Part shown: in pieces, positions 36,538 to 55,855 of the stretch | Layout: every line of letters starts with the position of its first letter | Numbering within the stretch: position 1 is the stretch's first letter | Assembly: GCA_051294375.1 (NCBI GenBank) | Contig: CM119271.1 | Location: forward strand, 7,007,632 to 7,071,631 | DNA length: 64,000 nucleotides | From: Paraspadella gotoi | Taxonomy: Eukaryota; Animalia; Chaetognatha | Direction: 5' to 3' | Position numbers and translations under genes: made by a program | The notes under the pieces: generated by a model | What the model saw: only the letters and a program-made list of their open reading frames with translations | Databases searched by the model: none | What the model was told of the DNA's origin: nothing

Positions 36538-39500
36538 CCCCTGTCCCCACCCACTTTTCTCTTTGTTTGTTTACTCGTTCTCACGATTCCGCATTTTGTT
36601 TGATTTCTCTTTTCTCAGACTTCTACCACCGCTACCCTAATCCCTCTTACAATCACCCCCCGACTCTACAACTCGGACTAGCTTATCTCACTCCTCCTCT
36701 GTTCCCCAAGGTTCCCGCCGACTTGATCCTGAGCGCCGTTTGTGACTCCAACTCCGTCACGCCATCCGGCGACTCTGGCGACCCGACGGTGGAGGGCGAT
36801 GGCGCGAGGACCCGAACTACGCCGCCTTCCATCGTGGAGCGAGGTGAGACGAAGACATTTCTTTACGTTCTCCGTAGTTTGCATTACTTTTCCTAATTAC
36901 TACGTGATCGGCGCACGACTTCTTCCCCAGACTGCGTGTTTACCGATTGCGCCTCCTGCACGGCCAACGCTTTCAATTGCTCGTGGTGCATGGACACTTG
37001 CATCGGTCAAGCCCACCACGAATGCGCAGCCGTCGCCAAAATCGTGGCCAAGGACGGCAATGCTACTGGCTCCGGAAACACAGGCAAAGCCTCGAGTAGG
37101 ATTCTGACGTCTATCTTCTTGTTTGCAGAAAACAAAGTTTTGAACCTCAGGCCAGTTAATCGTTTTTTTTTTGTTTTTTTTTTGTTTTCAGCCCGATCCT
37201 CCACCAACGTCTGTTCTGGCGAGAAGAGAGAAGCGACTCCTTTTTATTGCAGCACCTTTCACAACTGTCTGGCATGCGAGGCGGAAGAGCATTGCATGTG
37301 GCAGCATCCCACGGGTGAGCAATGAGGGTTGAGGGTATCCCGTTCTATCACTCTTTTTCTCTACTCGATCTTCCTTTCAACTCTGATTTCTCTGCTCACA
37401 TCAGGAACTCCCAAATGCGTGCCCCTCACCAACCATCAAGTGAAACCCCTGCGAAAGACGGACAAGGACATGAAGCTCAGCCATTATAACCCTTGCGATC
37501 CTCCCTGTTCCTCGAAAACTTCCTGTCAAAACTGTACAGGAGGTACGTGTCCTTTTGATAACTATATACATAATACAAACTATAAAAACTACATAAATAT
37601 TTTGGAAAAAAATTTTACGTGACAAAAGAGACCCAAGGGCTTTAATCGCTCCCTCTTAGGAATGTGCATGTGGTGCGACAATATCCGTCGCTGCGTCGAC
37701 TCCAACGCCTACGTCGTCTCCTTCCCCTTCGGTCAGTGCATGGCCTGGGTCAACGACAAGGAGCGCTGCCCAGTTACCAAGTGCGCCGACATCAAGACTT
37801 GCGGCGCCTGCTTGGAGGATCCCAGGTCTTTTTTTTTTCTTTGTGGTCCGGAAGACTAATGAATTAATTTGAATTCTTTTTTTGGATTATTATTGTCTGT
37901 CTGCTGAATATATTTGTGATGGTTATCGATTTCAGATGCGGGTGGTGCGACGATGGTTCTCGTACGGGACTCGGCGCGTGCATGGAGGGCGGGGACAGCG
38001 GGCCCGTCGACGTTCATCATACCGCCGTCAGAGGACTTGTTCCTGGGGTGAGTTAGACCGAAGCGACATGTAGCGTGACTCCTTTATTTCGGTCACTAAT
38101 TTTCTTTTTTTTTTCTCCTTCAGGTTCACATGGGCCAAGACCCCTTGTCCGGTCAGCCTCCGCCCGTCGCCTGTGATGCCACTAGGTGGCATTTCACGTC
38201 TTGCCCCCAGTGCCAGTGTCACGGCCACGCCTCCTGCCCCGTCGGGACGGATCGTTGCGGCCCTTGTCGCGACAATACGGAGGGGCAACACTGCGAAACT
38301 TGCAAGAATGGGTTCTGGGGCAAACCAAAGCTGGGAAACAACTGCACCGCCTGCGATTGCAACCATCAGGTACGTTTCTTTGCTTGTTGAATTGCAAATT
38401 TTTTTCATAAAAAGAAGATAAATTTGAAATACGTATGCCTTTTTGTTCTCCATTTTTCCCGCAAGGCGGTGACTTGCGACCGAAAAGACGGTAGATGCAA
38501 CTGCAAAACAAAAGGCATCATCGGTGACAAGTGCGAAAGTTGCGACGTTTCGTCGCAGTACGTCGGCAACCCCATTTACGGATCCTGCTTTTATCAGCTG
38601 AAACCCGACTATCACTACACCTTTAACCTCTCCAAGTATTTCTGCTACTTCGAAAGTTGTCTTTTTGAAGAGACTATGTAAACCTTTTCCTTCCCACGAT
38701 AATAGGCCCGACGATAATCATTACACCCAAATAAACTTTCAAAATGTCCCAAAAAAGCCGCGAAAGGACGTGGAATTTACTCTCAACTGTTCTCAAGATT
38801 GCAAATTTAATATCACTTTTAGGTAAAGTGAAATAAAAAAGAAGCGGGAATTATCCCGAAAGCGACAGATGCCCTTTTCACCATTTTCATTTATCACGCT
38901 TATCCTTATTTCCAGGTCCAATCTCACCAATGGAGAGCGGCTCATCACTCAGGGCACGTGCGGCCCAGACTTGTACGAAAAAAAGTTCAAGGCCTCGCAG
39001 CACCATTTCGGACCTCCGTACAACACCACTTTTTACGTTTACGTATATGGATTCCGGGGTAAATTATCTCTTCGATTGTTGGTCTATTTTTTTCCCCTTT
39101 CATTTTCCACGTTCGTCATTTGAACAGGTGGCAACGAAGCCCATCCTTCTTTCTACGTGAAAATATCATTCCAGCAAAGCGCCATGCCCTTTTCTCTAGT
39201 CAACCTTTTCATCATCTTCTTCTCCTGCTTCTTGTCTCTTTTGGTCGTCGGTGGCATCTTTTGGAAAGTCAAGCAACGCTACGACAATTACAGGTTTAAA
39301 TGTCTTTCTTGAAAAAAAGAGATTCTTCATTCTTGTCGATAACGTTTTCCCCCGTCGCTCCGCCAGACGCCGCCAACGCGCCTATGTGGAGATGGAGCAG
39401 ATGGCATCCCGACCCTTCGCCATGATTTGTCCTGATCTCAGTCCCGCTAGCAAAGAGGCCGCCCCGAGTCCCGGCGCCAATTCGGCCGTCGTTCCCCCTG

Positions 39501-40081
39501 CCGTCGTCACCGTCCAAAACGGAACCCGACTGGTCAGTTTGGCTTTCAATTTAATTCGTAATTGTCTTTTGAATTTCTCCGGCCTCTTTATTAAACCCGT
39601 CATGGTTCCCTTCAGTCCCGTCCAAAAGGCAACCCCAGCTCCTCCAGCTGCCCGTCTCCCATCGCGTTAGAGCCCTGCGCCGACAGTAAAGCCGCCGTCC
39701 TCTCCCTGCTCGTCGTCCTTCCCTGCGGGGACGAGGAATCCACGCCTCCAGGTAAAGTTACCATACATATATATCATATACATGTACATCTTATGTCTTT
39801 TGTATTGTTTTCATTATAAATGAAATTTGGATTTTCCAGGCACCACCGGGTTGTTGATCGGGTCGACGCTCGTCAACCTCGGCTCCCATCGCAAAAGCTC
39901 CGAGCCTAAACTGCACCGCGAAGGATGGAACCCGCGGAAAGGCGGCAACCACAGCGTCGCAAAGGACGCCGCCGCTTGCAGAAACACCAACTACCCGCCA
40001 ACGCAGCAGGCTCAGCCCCCGCCGCCGCAACCGCCACCCGCCAACGAAGTCGATCCCGCTTGGGCTCCCTTGGGGGTCTGA
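27578..40081 (+). CDS. ATRN: Attractin / attractin-like (EGF, CUB, Kelch, PSI, laminin-EGF, TM), multi-exon
   Basis: CUB FATECSWDHLYVYDGDS, Kelch repeats (PRYGHT, FGGNTHKDTSMSFGAKCFSADFLAYD), PSI CMWC..RRCVDSNAYVVSFPFGQC, laminin-EGF CQCHGH, cytoplasmic EMEQMASRPFA and PIALEPC. Confidence 0.93.
28081..28320 (-). mobile_element. Divergent tRNA-derived SINE of a related family (attractin intron 1)
   Basis: Minus strand ctccgaactcgatggtctcgggttctggccc aligns to the SINE head ctcccaacccaaaggtccggggttctagccc; shared aagag(t/g)gacggg...acagcc(g/t)gatccgaag core; different 3' tail. Confidence 0.6.
29428..30981 (-). CDS. pnhd: Pinhead-like secreted protein with three tandem cystine-knot-like repeats, nested antisense in an attractin intron
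   Basis: 517-aa ORF with three repeats of C.R...(V/I)DVG(E/K)C...C...C...C(A/G)C, a hydrophobic N-terminal stretch and basic furin-type sites; lies within intron 29174-33109. Confidence 0.75.
   Translation of the reverse strand: MSPSSQSFRDTPRNLLLLCLYVSPLFDLGDSFFQMESSRSNALWTNISKQLVIDDGAEHPNPPRPLPEAPHAHELERVRGKRREDLRHTTSMSLLNQRTRPEKKNGGRRQQRKRNRHLRTFDGKVEDSHRINQHHHLRLHDAPRSSLSVKSSTSKVTGTDVLPFPIPDRRTKAVFDHTPPNPLYEARRGNRLYENNREDLLSHTSVLYGGGRGSRRPLPPLPSGNCCVRKVKFKNIGYDTYGRPVEVDVGECSRQCPFKKENEHAAGISLIPPPFVSKAPSIKPRFLYGRDRYRRDISSIETPTNHESEGADVMCDAASSCFPVRKKIERWHLLNGLVEAEVVDDCACATPPDTCMRLPMIKIFHPNSPYERRVDVGKCGGTCFETGTQCTPVANTTVTIPTPNGDRSMPVVSQCGCRKKCFRASYKEVYYEAMYNKTSRRMERHVREIDVGKCVGACDGVKRQKCVLRDEKDPSVCLMSLIKRKTSCIATSYEKHEFLTPDMDLKTVVTIKSCGCK
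32249..32300. repeat. (CT)n microsatellite; further tracts at about 35655-35750, 36474-36533 and (GA)n 60293-60350
   Basis: Directly visible dinucleotide runs. Confidence 0.95.
33661..33961 (+). mobile_element. Possible HINE/DINE-like (Helentron-associated) non-autonomous element
   Basis: Starts in a T-run with gttgcgc and a small hairpin, has a gtctgtccgtcggtctgtc microsatellite, complementary gcgcaac near the 3' end, ends cttgtt. Confidence 0.45.
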
Positions 40082-41374
40082 AGATTTTTATTTAAAAAGA
40101 AATCGAGGGAAGAAAATAATATCCGGACTTAAAGCGTCCTTTCTTTTTTTTCTTTTTTCTTTTTTCTTTTTTTTTTTTTTTTAATTGGGATTGGAAGCCT
40201 AATATTAGCTTTTGGGAAGCCTTTTCTCGCCTTGATCTCGAGGAACCCGCAATGGCAAAAAAAAAAAGAAAATATCGCGCGTCAGCTTTCTTCACGTTTC
40301 AAATCGTCAAACTGATAATTTAATTGCAAAATTTGTTCGTTAACTGATGAAACTGTCAAAAACTTGGGTTATAAACAAATACGAAGACTCTCTCGGTCAA
40401 GCTTTTCTTTTTTGGTTGGTGGTTTTGATCCATCTCGGCTGGTATATTTTATCGTTGGCTTCTCGCAAGCGATTAGTGATAAAGCCGTGACGGACTGCCG
40501 AATTCGAGCAAGGAAAAGCGAGGGAAGGGTTGGGTCGGTTAAAAGTACTCGGTACTGGTACTGTAGTCGCGCTGAACGATTTATTTTTTTATTTGTCCCT
40601 TTTGTTTCACTTCGCTTCAAAACTTCACGTTCACTGGTTATTTTAAAAGATGAATAATTTTAATTCGGCATCAAAAAATAGCAAAAAATCGATAGTACAA
40701 TACGTAATGAAATATTCTTTTCGACGGTTTTTGTTTATTCTTCCAGGTTATAAAAAAGTATTACATCTTATTTAATCTTATGCTGAATGTAAGCATATTG
40801 ATAATCAGTGCATTTTGTGTTTGTCATTGCCAGTATGTTAAATTATAAAAAAATACCATTTTAGTTTGGCCTTTTTTTGAAACTATAAAAAAACATTTAG
40901 GCAGTTAGAAAAGTGAAAAGAATTGAAAAAAATTAATATGTAATCGATCCCGGGAGTCATAAATACATGCTTATCAGCCTATTGTCTGATCTTCCTTTGT
41001 GAGATACCGGAACCTGCGACTTTCAACGAGCGACTATCGATGCCTCGCTAAAAAAAGCATCCGACTGCATCGACCTGGCTTAGTTGCAATTAAACCAAAG
41101 CGTAATTATCAAGTTATTAGTAGTCAGTTTTTGTCGAAAATTAATTGCATCCAGTCTTAAGGAAAACCTCATCAACTCGTGATGTATGCGCCGCACATTT
41201 GCTTTCACGAAATTAAACACGGCTTATAATTTCATGTCTATTTGAATTGACCGTTTAGTATATAAACTTATAATAATCCAACAAATGATTTGCAATCTGG
41301 TTTGATTCTTCTAAGCTAAAAGCTGAGGGACTTCCAGTCATTTTGATTTGAATTCCTCGCCCACTTCTTTCTCC

Positions 41375-42240
41375 TTACTGAAAATCCAAGGGTTTCCACT
41401 CGAGCTGAACCGCAAAGTGGTCCGAACAGATGACGCAAGTGTCGCACCGCGGACAGGTCGCCTTTTAATTGAAAAATAAAATTAAAAAAAAACAAAAAAG
41501 AAAAACGCGCGCGAAATGGGTCGTGACGAATATCGATTCCTCACTTTGTTCCGAACCCAATGTCTGAAGCTTTCCTTGACGACCTCGTGTCCGCAACCGA
41601 GAATGACTCTCTCATCTTCGGACGTTGCATCTTCGTCGTACACATCGTGGCCGCTCTGTTCGTCGTCGCTACTGTCGGAACTCTGATCGTCGCGCCCGAC
41701 GTAATCTTCATCACTCTCTTCGCTTTCGCTGTCGTCGTCGTCGTCATGGTTGTTGTTTATGGTGAGGTTGCCCGTGGCTCTGCTTCTTCCGCGGCTCTGA
41801 CGTTCGGCGGAGCGACCGACTCGCGTGGGGAGAGCGTCCAGCATCTCGTCGGAGAGGGCGACGTGGATTTGCTTGTGGACGCCGTCTGAAGAGAAGATCG
41901 TGAAATCGGCGAATTATTTAAACTAAAAATCTGAGATCGTCGTCCTCTCGGACCGCTGATCCGTTTGAAGGCCTCATCGTAGAGGCCTCGTTGACGGAGT
42001 TGATCCAGGGCCGCAGGGTCGGCGGAGGCTTCGACGTAGGCGCGGAAATCCGACGAGCTCGTCCCTAAGAGTCAAGAGTGACAGTGACAGTCACGGTCAC
42101 GTTTACTTTGAATCGAGTACCGTTCGGAGGATCGACGAGTTGGAAAGTTTGGATGGCGACGTCAGTGACGAAACCGATTAACTCTTCGTCTTCGCCGAAT
42201 TCCGCTTCGGCGAGGAAATGGAATCGAATCGTTTGAGATT
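41375..42240 (-). pseudogene. Spliced gene fragment or pseudogene with acidic tract and degenerate RING-like motif
   Basis: Several GC-rich exons; joined reading VILGCGHEVVKESFRHWVRNK/ATCPRC; first CxxC and middle ligands missing; no clear start. Confidence 0.4.
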
Positions 42241-43288
42241 ATAATTTTGATTGGAAACGAAATTAAACGTACACACGATCATTGTCCAAAACGTAAGATC
42301 ACTCTCAAGAATAAACTGTTTTAAACTAACTATTCCTCTTCTTCGAAAAAAAAAAAATTCTCAAACCTTACCCATATTTTTCCTTCTTCACGTAGAGATA
42401 AAAGTTAAGTTGATATTCTTCGTCGTGTTCAGGGTAAGAGGTTTACTTCAGTCTTCGAGTCTTATTTATCGACGTGATATTTTATATCATTTTTTTGTCT
42501 TTGAGAGTACACAAAAATATATCACTCGACTTCTAATTTTACTATTTTTTAGTTTTCGTCGAATTTTATATCCTTTTGCCAAAAAAAAAAAAGGGAACGA
42601 TGCTCATTTTATTTTGACATCGTTTTATCGGAGCACTCCTGATTCCCTAGGCCAGAGCGTGTAAAGGAAAAAAAGATTACTTTCTAAAAATAACTAACTT
42701 TCCTTTAACTAACACTCACTAACATGACAAAGATCATGAAGTATATTGAAGTATATTTGCATCGAAGCATTTCTCTCCGTTTTCGACATAAAATCCTAAC
42801 TAGGCGTAACTGAAAATGTCACTGGTTTTACTTATAACTTTAATAACTTGAATAGTTCGTTGGCTTTAGTGTCAGTAAATAATGAATTTAAGGAACAAAA
42901 AAGTTATAGTTAAGTATGATAATTGATCCTGACATTTTTAACGGGAGATTTTTCTCAATTACTATTTTTTACATTATTGATAAAAAAAATAACTATCAAA
43001 CAAAACAAAAAAATCAATAAATATATATATAACATGTGTTAGAGAAAATTTTCGCAAACCTGCTCTTTATTTTATAAATAGCTTAAAATGTAGGACAAGC
43101 GTAGGTGTTTTTTGTTTCTATCAATTACATACAAATGGATGGATAATTTTTATATTGGTTGTACCAATTTCATACAAGATCAATATTTTAATGAAAAGTT
43201 TTCATGCTTCAGCTTTTATAGGAAAAGTTTTATATTACGCTGATGGAATCAGGCGTGTAATGATAGTGAATATGTTGCCACAATCCTT

Positions 43289-44057
43289 GTTTTTAGTCGG
43301 ATCTGCTTTCAGCAGATCCCGACTCTATAATTCCCTTTGTCGGTCCGTCGGTCCGCCCCCTCAATCTTGTCGGGCATTTACTTATATCATGTCAGAACAT
43401 CGAATTATGATAAATTATACAAAAAAAAAAATTATGTCCATCCGTCCGTCCGTGCGTCCATCCCACCTTAGCAAAAAACTTTAATTACTCGTGATTGGAT
43501 GGATGGATTGGAATGAAATTTTGGGTGTGGGTAGGGAAGTGTGTGATTGAGTTGGGTATGGAGTTTCGATGGAATCGTCCGAGTGAAAATGAGTTTAAAT
43601 GGAAAAAAAAATTTCACTATTTGAACACCAATTACTCATGAGTGGATGGGGCGATTGACTTGAAATTTTGTATTTGGGTAGAAAAGTGTTGTGATTAAAC
43701 TGGAAATAAAATTTTGATGGAATCGTTTGAGAGGAAATGAGTTTAAATAGAAAAAGCAAAGAACCTGTTTTACTAATTGATTATGCTTCTTTTTCTTTTT
43801 ATTTTAAATATAAATGCAAGATGTATTAATTAATCAAATAATTAATTAATTAATTAATTAATTAATCAGTCAATTAATCAATCAAAACAAACATTTCGGA
43901 TCAAATTAATTAATTAATTGCCTAATTAATTAAATAATTATCTTGAATAAATTAATTATTAATTAAATAAATAATTAACTTGAATTAATTATTAATTAAT
44001 TAATTAATTACCGATAATGATCGTGGGCAGATCCGACATTGTTTGCTCAAACTTGTT
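43289..44057 (+). mobile_element. HINE/DINE-1-like Helentron-associated element
   Basis: 5' hairpin agtcggatctgctttcagcagatcccgact (43295-43324), (GTCC)n microsatellite at about 43436-43460, internal duplicated block, subterminal inverted copy gcagatccgac (44027-44037), ends cttgtt. Confidence 0.7.
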
Positions 44058-44289
44058 CATTCGGCGATTGAACCTTCGCTTATTTTATAAACAATATGTT
44101 ATTTTTGAAGTGCCCTGTAAATTTGAGGCATGATTCAATCGTTTTATGATACGTCTTGAAGATTGTTTTACCTTGAATAAAGCTTCTTATTTATAGATTC
44201 AGGGTTTTATATCTAGCTAGATGTAAATTAGGAGAGAGGTTAGTTTATCTCTATCTTTATCCCTAATTCTAATTTAATCCAAAACGTTA

Positions 44290-44392
44290 TTCCCTAACTC
44301 AAATCATTAACCCTGATCACAAACCAAGTCTCTACCCTAATCACTAACCTAAACCCTAACCTAATCCTTAACCTCCAACCTAATCTTTAACT
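44290..44392 (+). repeat. Degenerate (CCCTAA/CTAAC)-like tract; similar tract at about 63083-63135
   Basis: Imperfect telomere-like hexamers. Confidence 0.55.
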
Positions 44393-45231
44393 AAAAAAGA
44401 TGATTCAATTTGAAATTTAAGATAAAATGGGGCCTTCTGGGAAAATAAGGCCAAATTTTACCCTTCAAAATGATATAACATAATACATAAGAAAATCTAT
44501 CCTTTGCTTTACTGTCCGTTAAAATTACGTTTTTTTGGGGATTAGTTTGAATTAGAAATTTTAGATTTTAAATGAACTCTTACTAAGACTCTTAGAGTGA
44601 GCGTGATAAATAGACTCGAAAATATCAAGTTAGAGAGAACCCTGTCAATTATCGCGATGTGGAAAAAAAATAAAATTATAAATAGAACCAAGGATCTTTT
44701 ACGCCGTAAAAATTCACACTCGATAATCTTACCCGATAGCATAAATTTTGGACAATGTTTTATGAGACACAAACTGGAAATGATCATTTTATTAACGATG
44801 AATCACCCGTAGGCAATCGCGTTACAGGTTAAGGGCGCAAGACTGAAAGAACGTCGGGACCAATTAATATATAGGATCTCTCATCTTTCCCGCTTCCTTC
44901 GAATATTTACAAAAATTAAAGAAACATTCTAAAATTGGTTTAATTACGACTTATTCGATACGAAGAGTCGCGGAGGAAATATGAGTTGAGAATCAAAGGA
45001 CGTCGATAGTTCCGATTGGTTTTCTTTACTCAATACACGGTCTTGATTGGTCGAGCTTGTATCTCGAAATTTAGTTCTCAGTCGCCGACCCCCGTTTTGA
45101 CGCGAGTTCAAAAGATCCTTTTTTGGGAGGTTTTTGCGCTTCCCTTTTGGGTGATCCGAAATCCGCATATTGGTTGTTTCGTTCAAATAAAAAAATAAAT
45201 AAATTATTGAAATTTGATAATTGTCTTAATA

Positions 45232-53781
<8,550 letters not shown>

Positions 53782-53823
53782 GTTTTAAAAAGTTATCAGG
53801 CTTGTGGGTTCTTTGAACTAACG

Positions 53824-54452
53824 TATATATTAAGGCGTAGTGAAAGTTACATACGAAAATTCTAAAAGTCAATTATGAACAACATACCATCAGTGAACAT
53901 TAATTTGTAAAAAAAATTAATTTATGTTTTTTAATTTTTGCAGTAGGCTATATTTATATATAGTACTATCCTTATAAAATCGAAAAATTTCAAAATAGGC
54001 TTTTCTTAATTTTGATTGCAGATTTGAATTCCTCGTCAAAAGTTGATAAAAGAAAATATAATTCATTTTTAAAAATTCTTTCATTAAGTGGGTTAAAAAT
54101 TTAAAAAACTATATTTAATATACATATAAAAAATTAATTTACAGCTTAAAATATAGCTTTTTCTCATTTTTGACCCACTTAATGAAAGAATTTTTCAAAA
54201 AGAGTTATATTTCTTTTTATCAACTTTTTATGACAAATCCAAATATGCAAAAAAATCTTAGAAAAAACTGTTTTGAAATTTTAACATTTATTGGTTTAAT
54301 ACTAGTATAAATATGGCCTACTGCGTAAATTGTAAAATTTATTATAAATTTTTTTTATACATAAATGTTCATAAGTATAATGTTGTTCGTTCCTCACTTT
54401 TAAAATTTTAATTAAAGTTAAACTTAGAAATTTTACTACGCCTTAGTATATA
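53824..54452. mobile_element. Foldback/MITE-like long imperfect palindrome just downstream of the PAH stop
   Basis: Paired blocks taaggcgtagt/actacgcctta, gcagtaggc/gcctactgc, aaaaattctttcattaagtgggt/acccacttaatgaaagaattttt. Confidence 0.8.
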
Positions 54453-55855
54453 TATAATGTATGCCTCTTATAATTATCTAAGGTTCTTTTCCAGTCTGGC
54501 GGTTCAGCGTGCGTGGTTTTTGTTCGTAAATTAATTCATTTTCTTCGGGAATAATCAGTTAATGATAATCGTATTAGTTTGCAGATAACGGTGGTCCGGT
54601 GCAGCGGTTATGGTTATGCTTTCTAAGCAGATTCTTTTAGACTGTTTCTTTGATAAATAATAAGAACATCTTTTTCAGCAGTGAAAGTTTTATTTTTTTA
54701 TTACATCTTTGGCAATATTTTAAAATGAAGATATGGAGAAATAGGGCAACAAATCTGAATTCGAATATTATTTTTAAGCACAGCAAGCGAATTTATTCGC
54801 CTCAACACGAAACCAAATATATTTAGTTTGTCAGATTGAACAAATATATCCCATTATATGAAAAGGAAATGCTGCAAAAATAGGTATATTACTTGCTAAA
54901 TCAAAGCAAAAGTCTTTTAATGTATTCCTTTTCAAAACAAAAACCCATAAGTTTATCGTAAGCCTCCCCATTCTTCACGTTAAAAGCAATTAAATAGTTT
55001 GAAATCTTTCAAGACAATCTATCTCTACAATCTATTTCTATAAGTTAAAAAGTTTACGATGTCAAAAACACATTTCTTTAAGTTTATAATTCACGACAAT
55101 TAACTGATTAATTTTAAGTTATAAATAGCCTGTTTAAAATTAAATTAGCTGACAATAGAACCCGTATCTCTATCCTTATCGCTTGGGGGGAAAAAGGAAA
55201 TGTGAAAGTAAAAAAAAAAACAAAAAACATTTTTAACTCGCAATACAACCTTATAGACGTACTTAAAGTCTTAAATATCGACTTTATTATCACGGCTAAA
55301 CGTGTTAGCATGTAAAAAGGAATTATTGAATAAAACGAAACAACTGAGTGCGAGCGAGAGAGAAAACGCGTAAACAGAAATTTAGCGAAAGAGGAAAAAG
55401 ATCAAAGATTACAGAAAACGAAAGAGAGATGAAAAAAGAAAAAAAAATTGATTACGTGCAGTAAAGGAAGCGTGACTGATGAAAGACGACAAGTATTGAT
55501 AATTATTTCTAATGATTGATTGATTGATTGTAGGGTCGCTGTCCAGACCGTGATTTACGTTTGGGGAGGGAGGCGGAGTAGAGAGAAAAGGGTGATACGT
55601 TGGGGGGGGTGGGGGAGGAGGAAAATGGCGCTCGCTCATAAAAAGTGACGGGCGGGAAATTTTTTTTTTTTTTTTGTGAAAAGGAATGAAGTCCGAAATA
55701 GTGTGCAAGTCAATTTTTTTCCTGCGAGAGGAAGGGGGGTTGGGACGAACGATATTAATATTAATAATTATAAAATTAACAGTATAAATATTATTAGAAT
55801 TCGACTTCTTTTTCGAATTTTGGGCGAAGCGGAGGCCCGAGTGGGTTCCTTGTTT

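Noticed and set aside
44290-44392. True telomere or chromosome-fusion relic
   Set aside because: Short, highly degenerate and interstitial; more simply part of a dispersed repeat
44540-45200. Short ORFs upstream of PAH as a gene or transposase
   Set aside because: No recognisable motif or consistent splice structure
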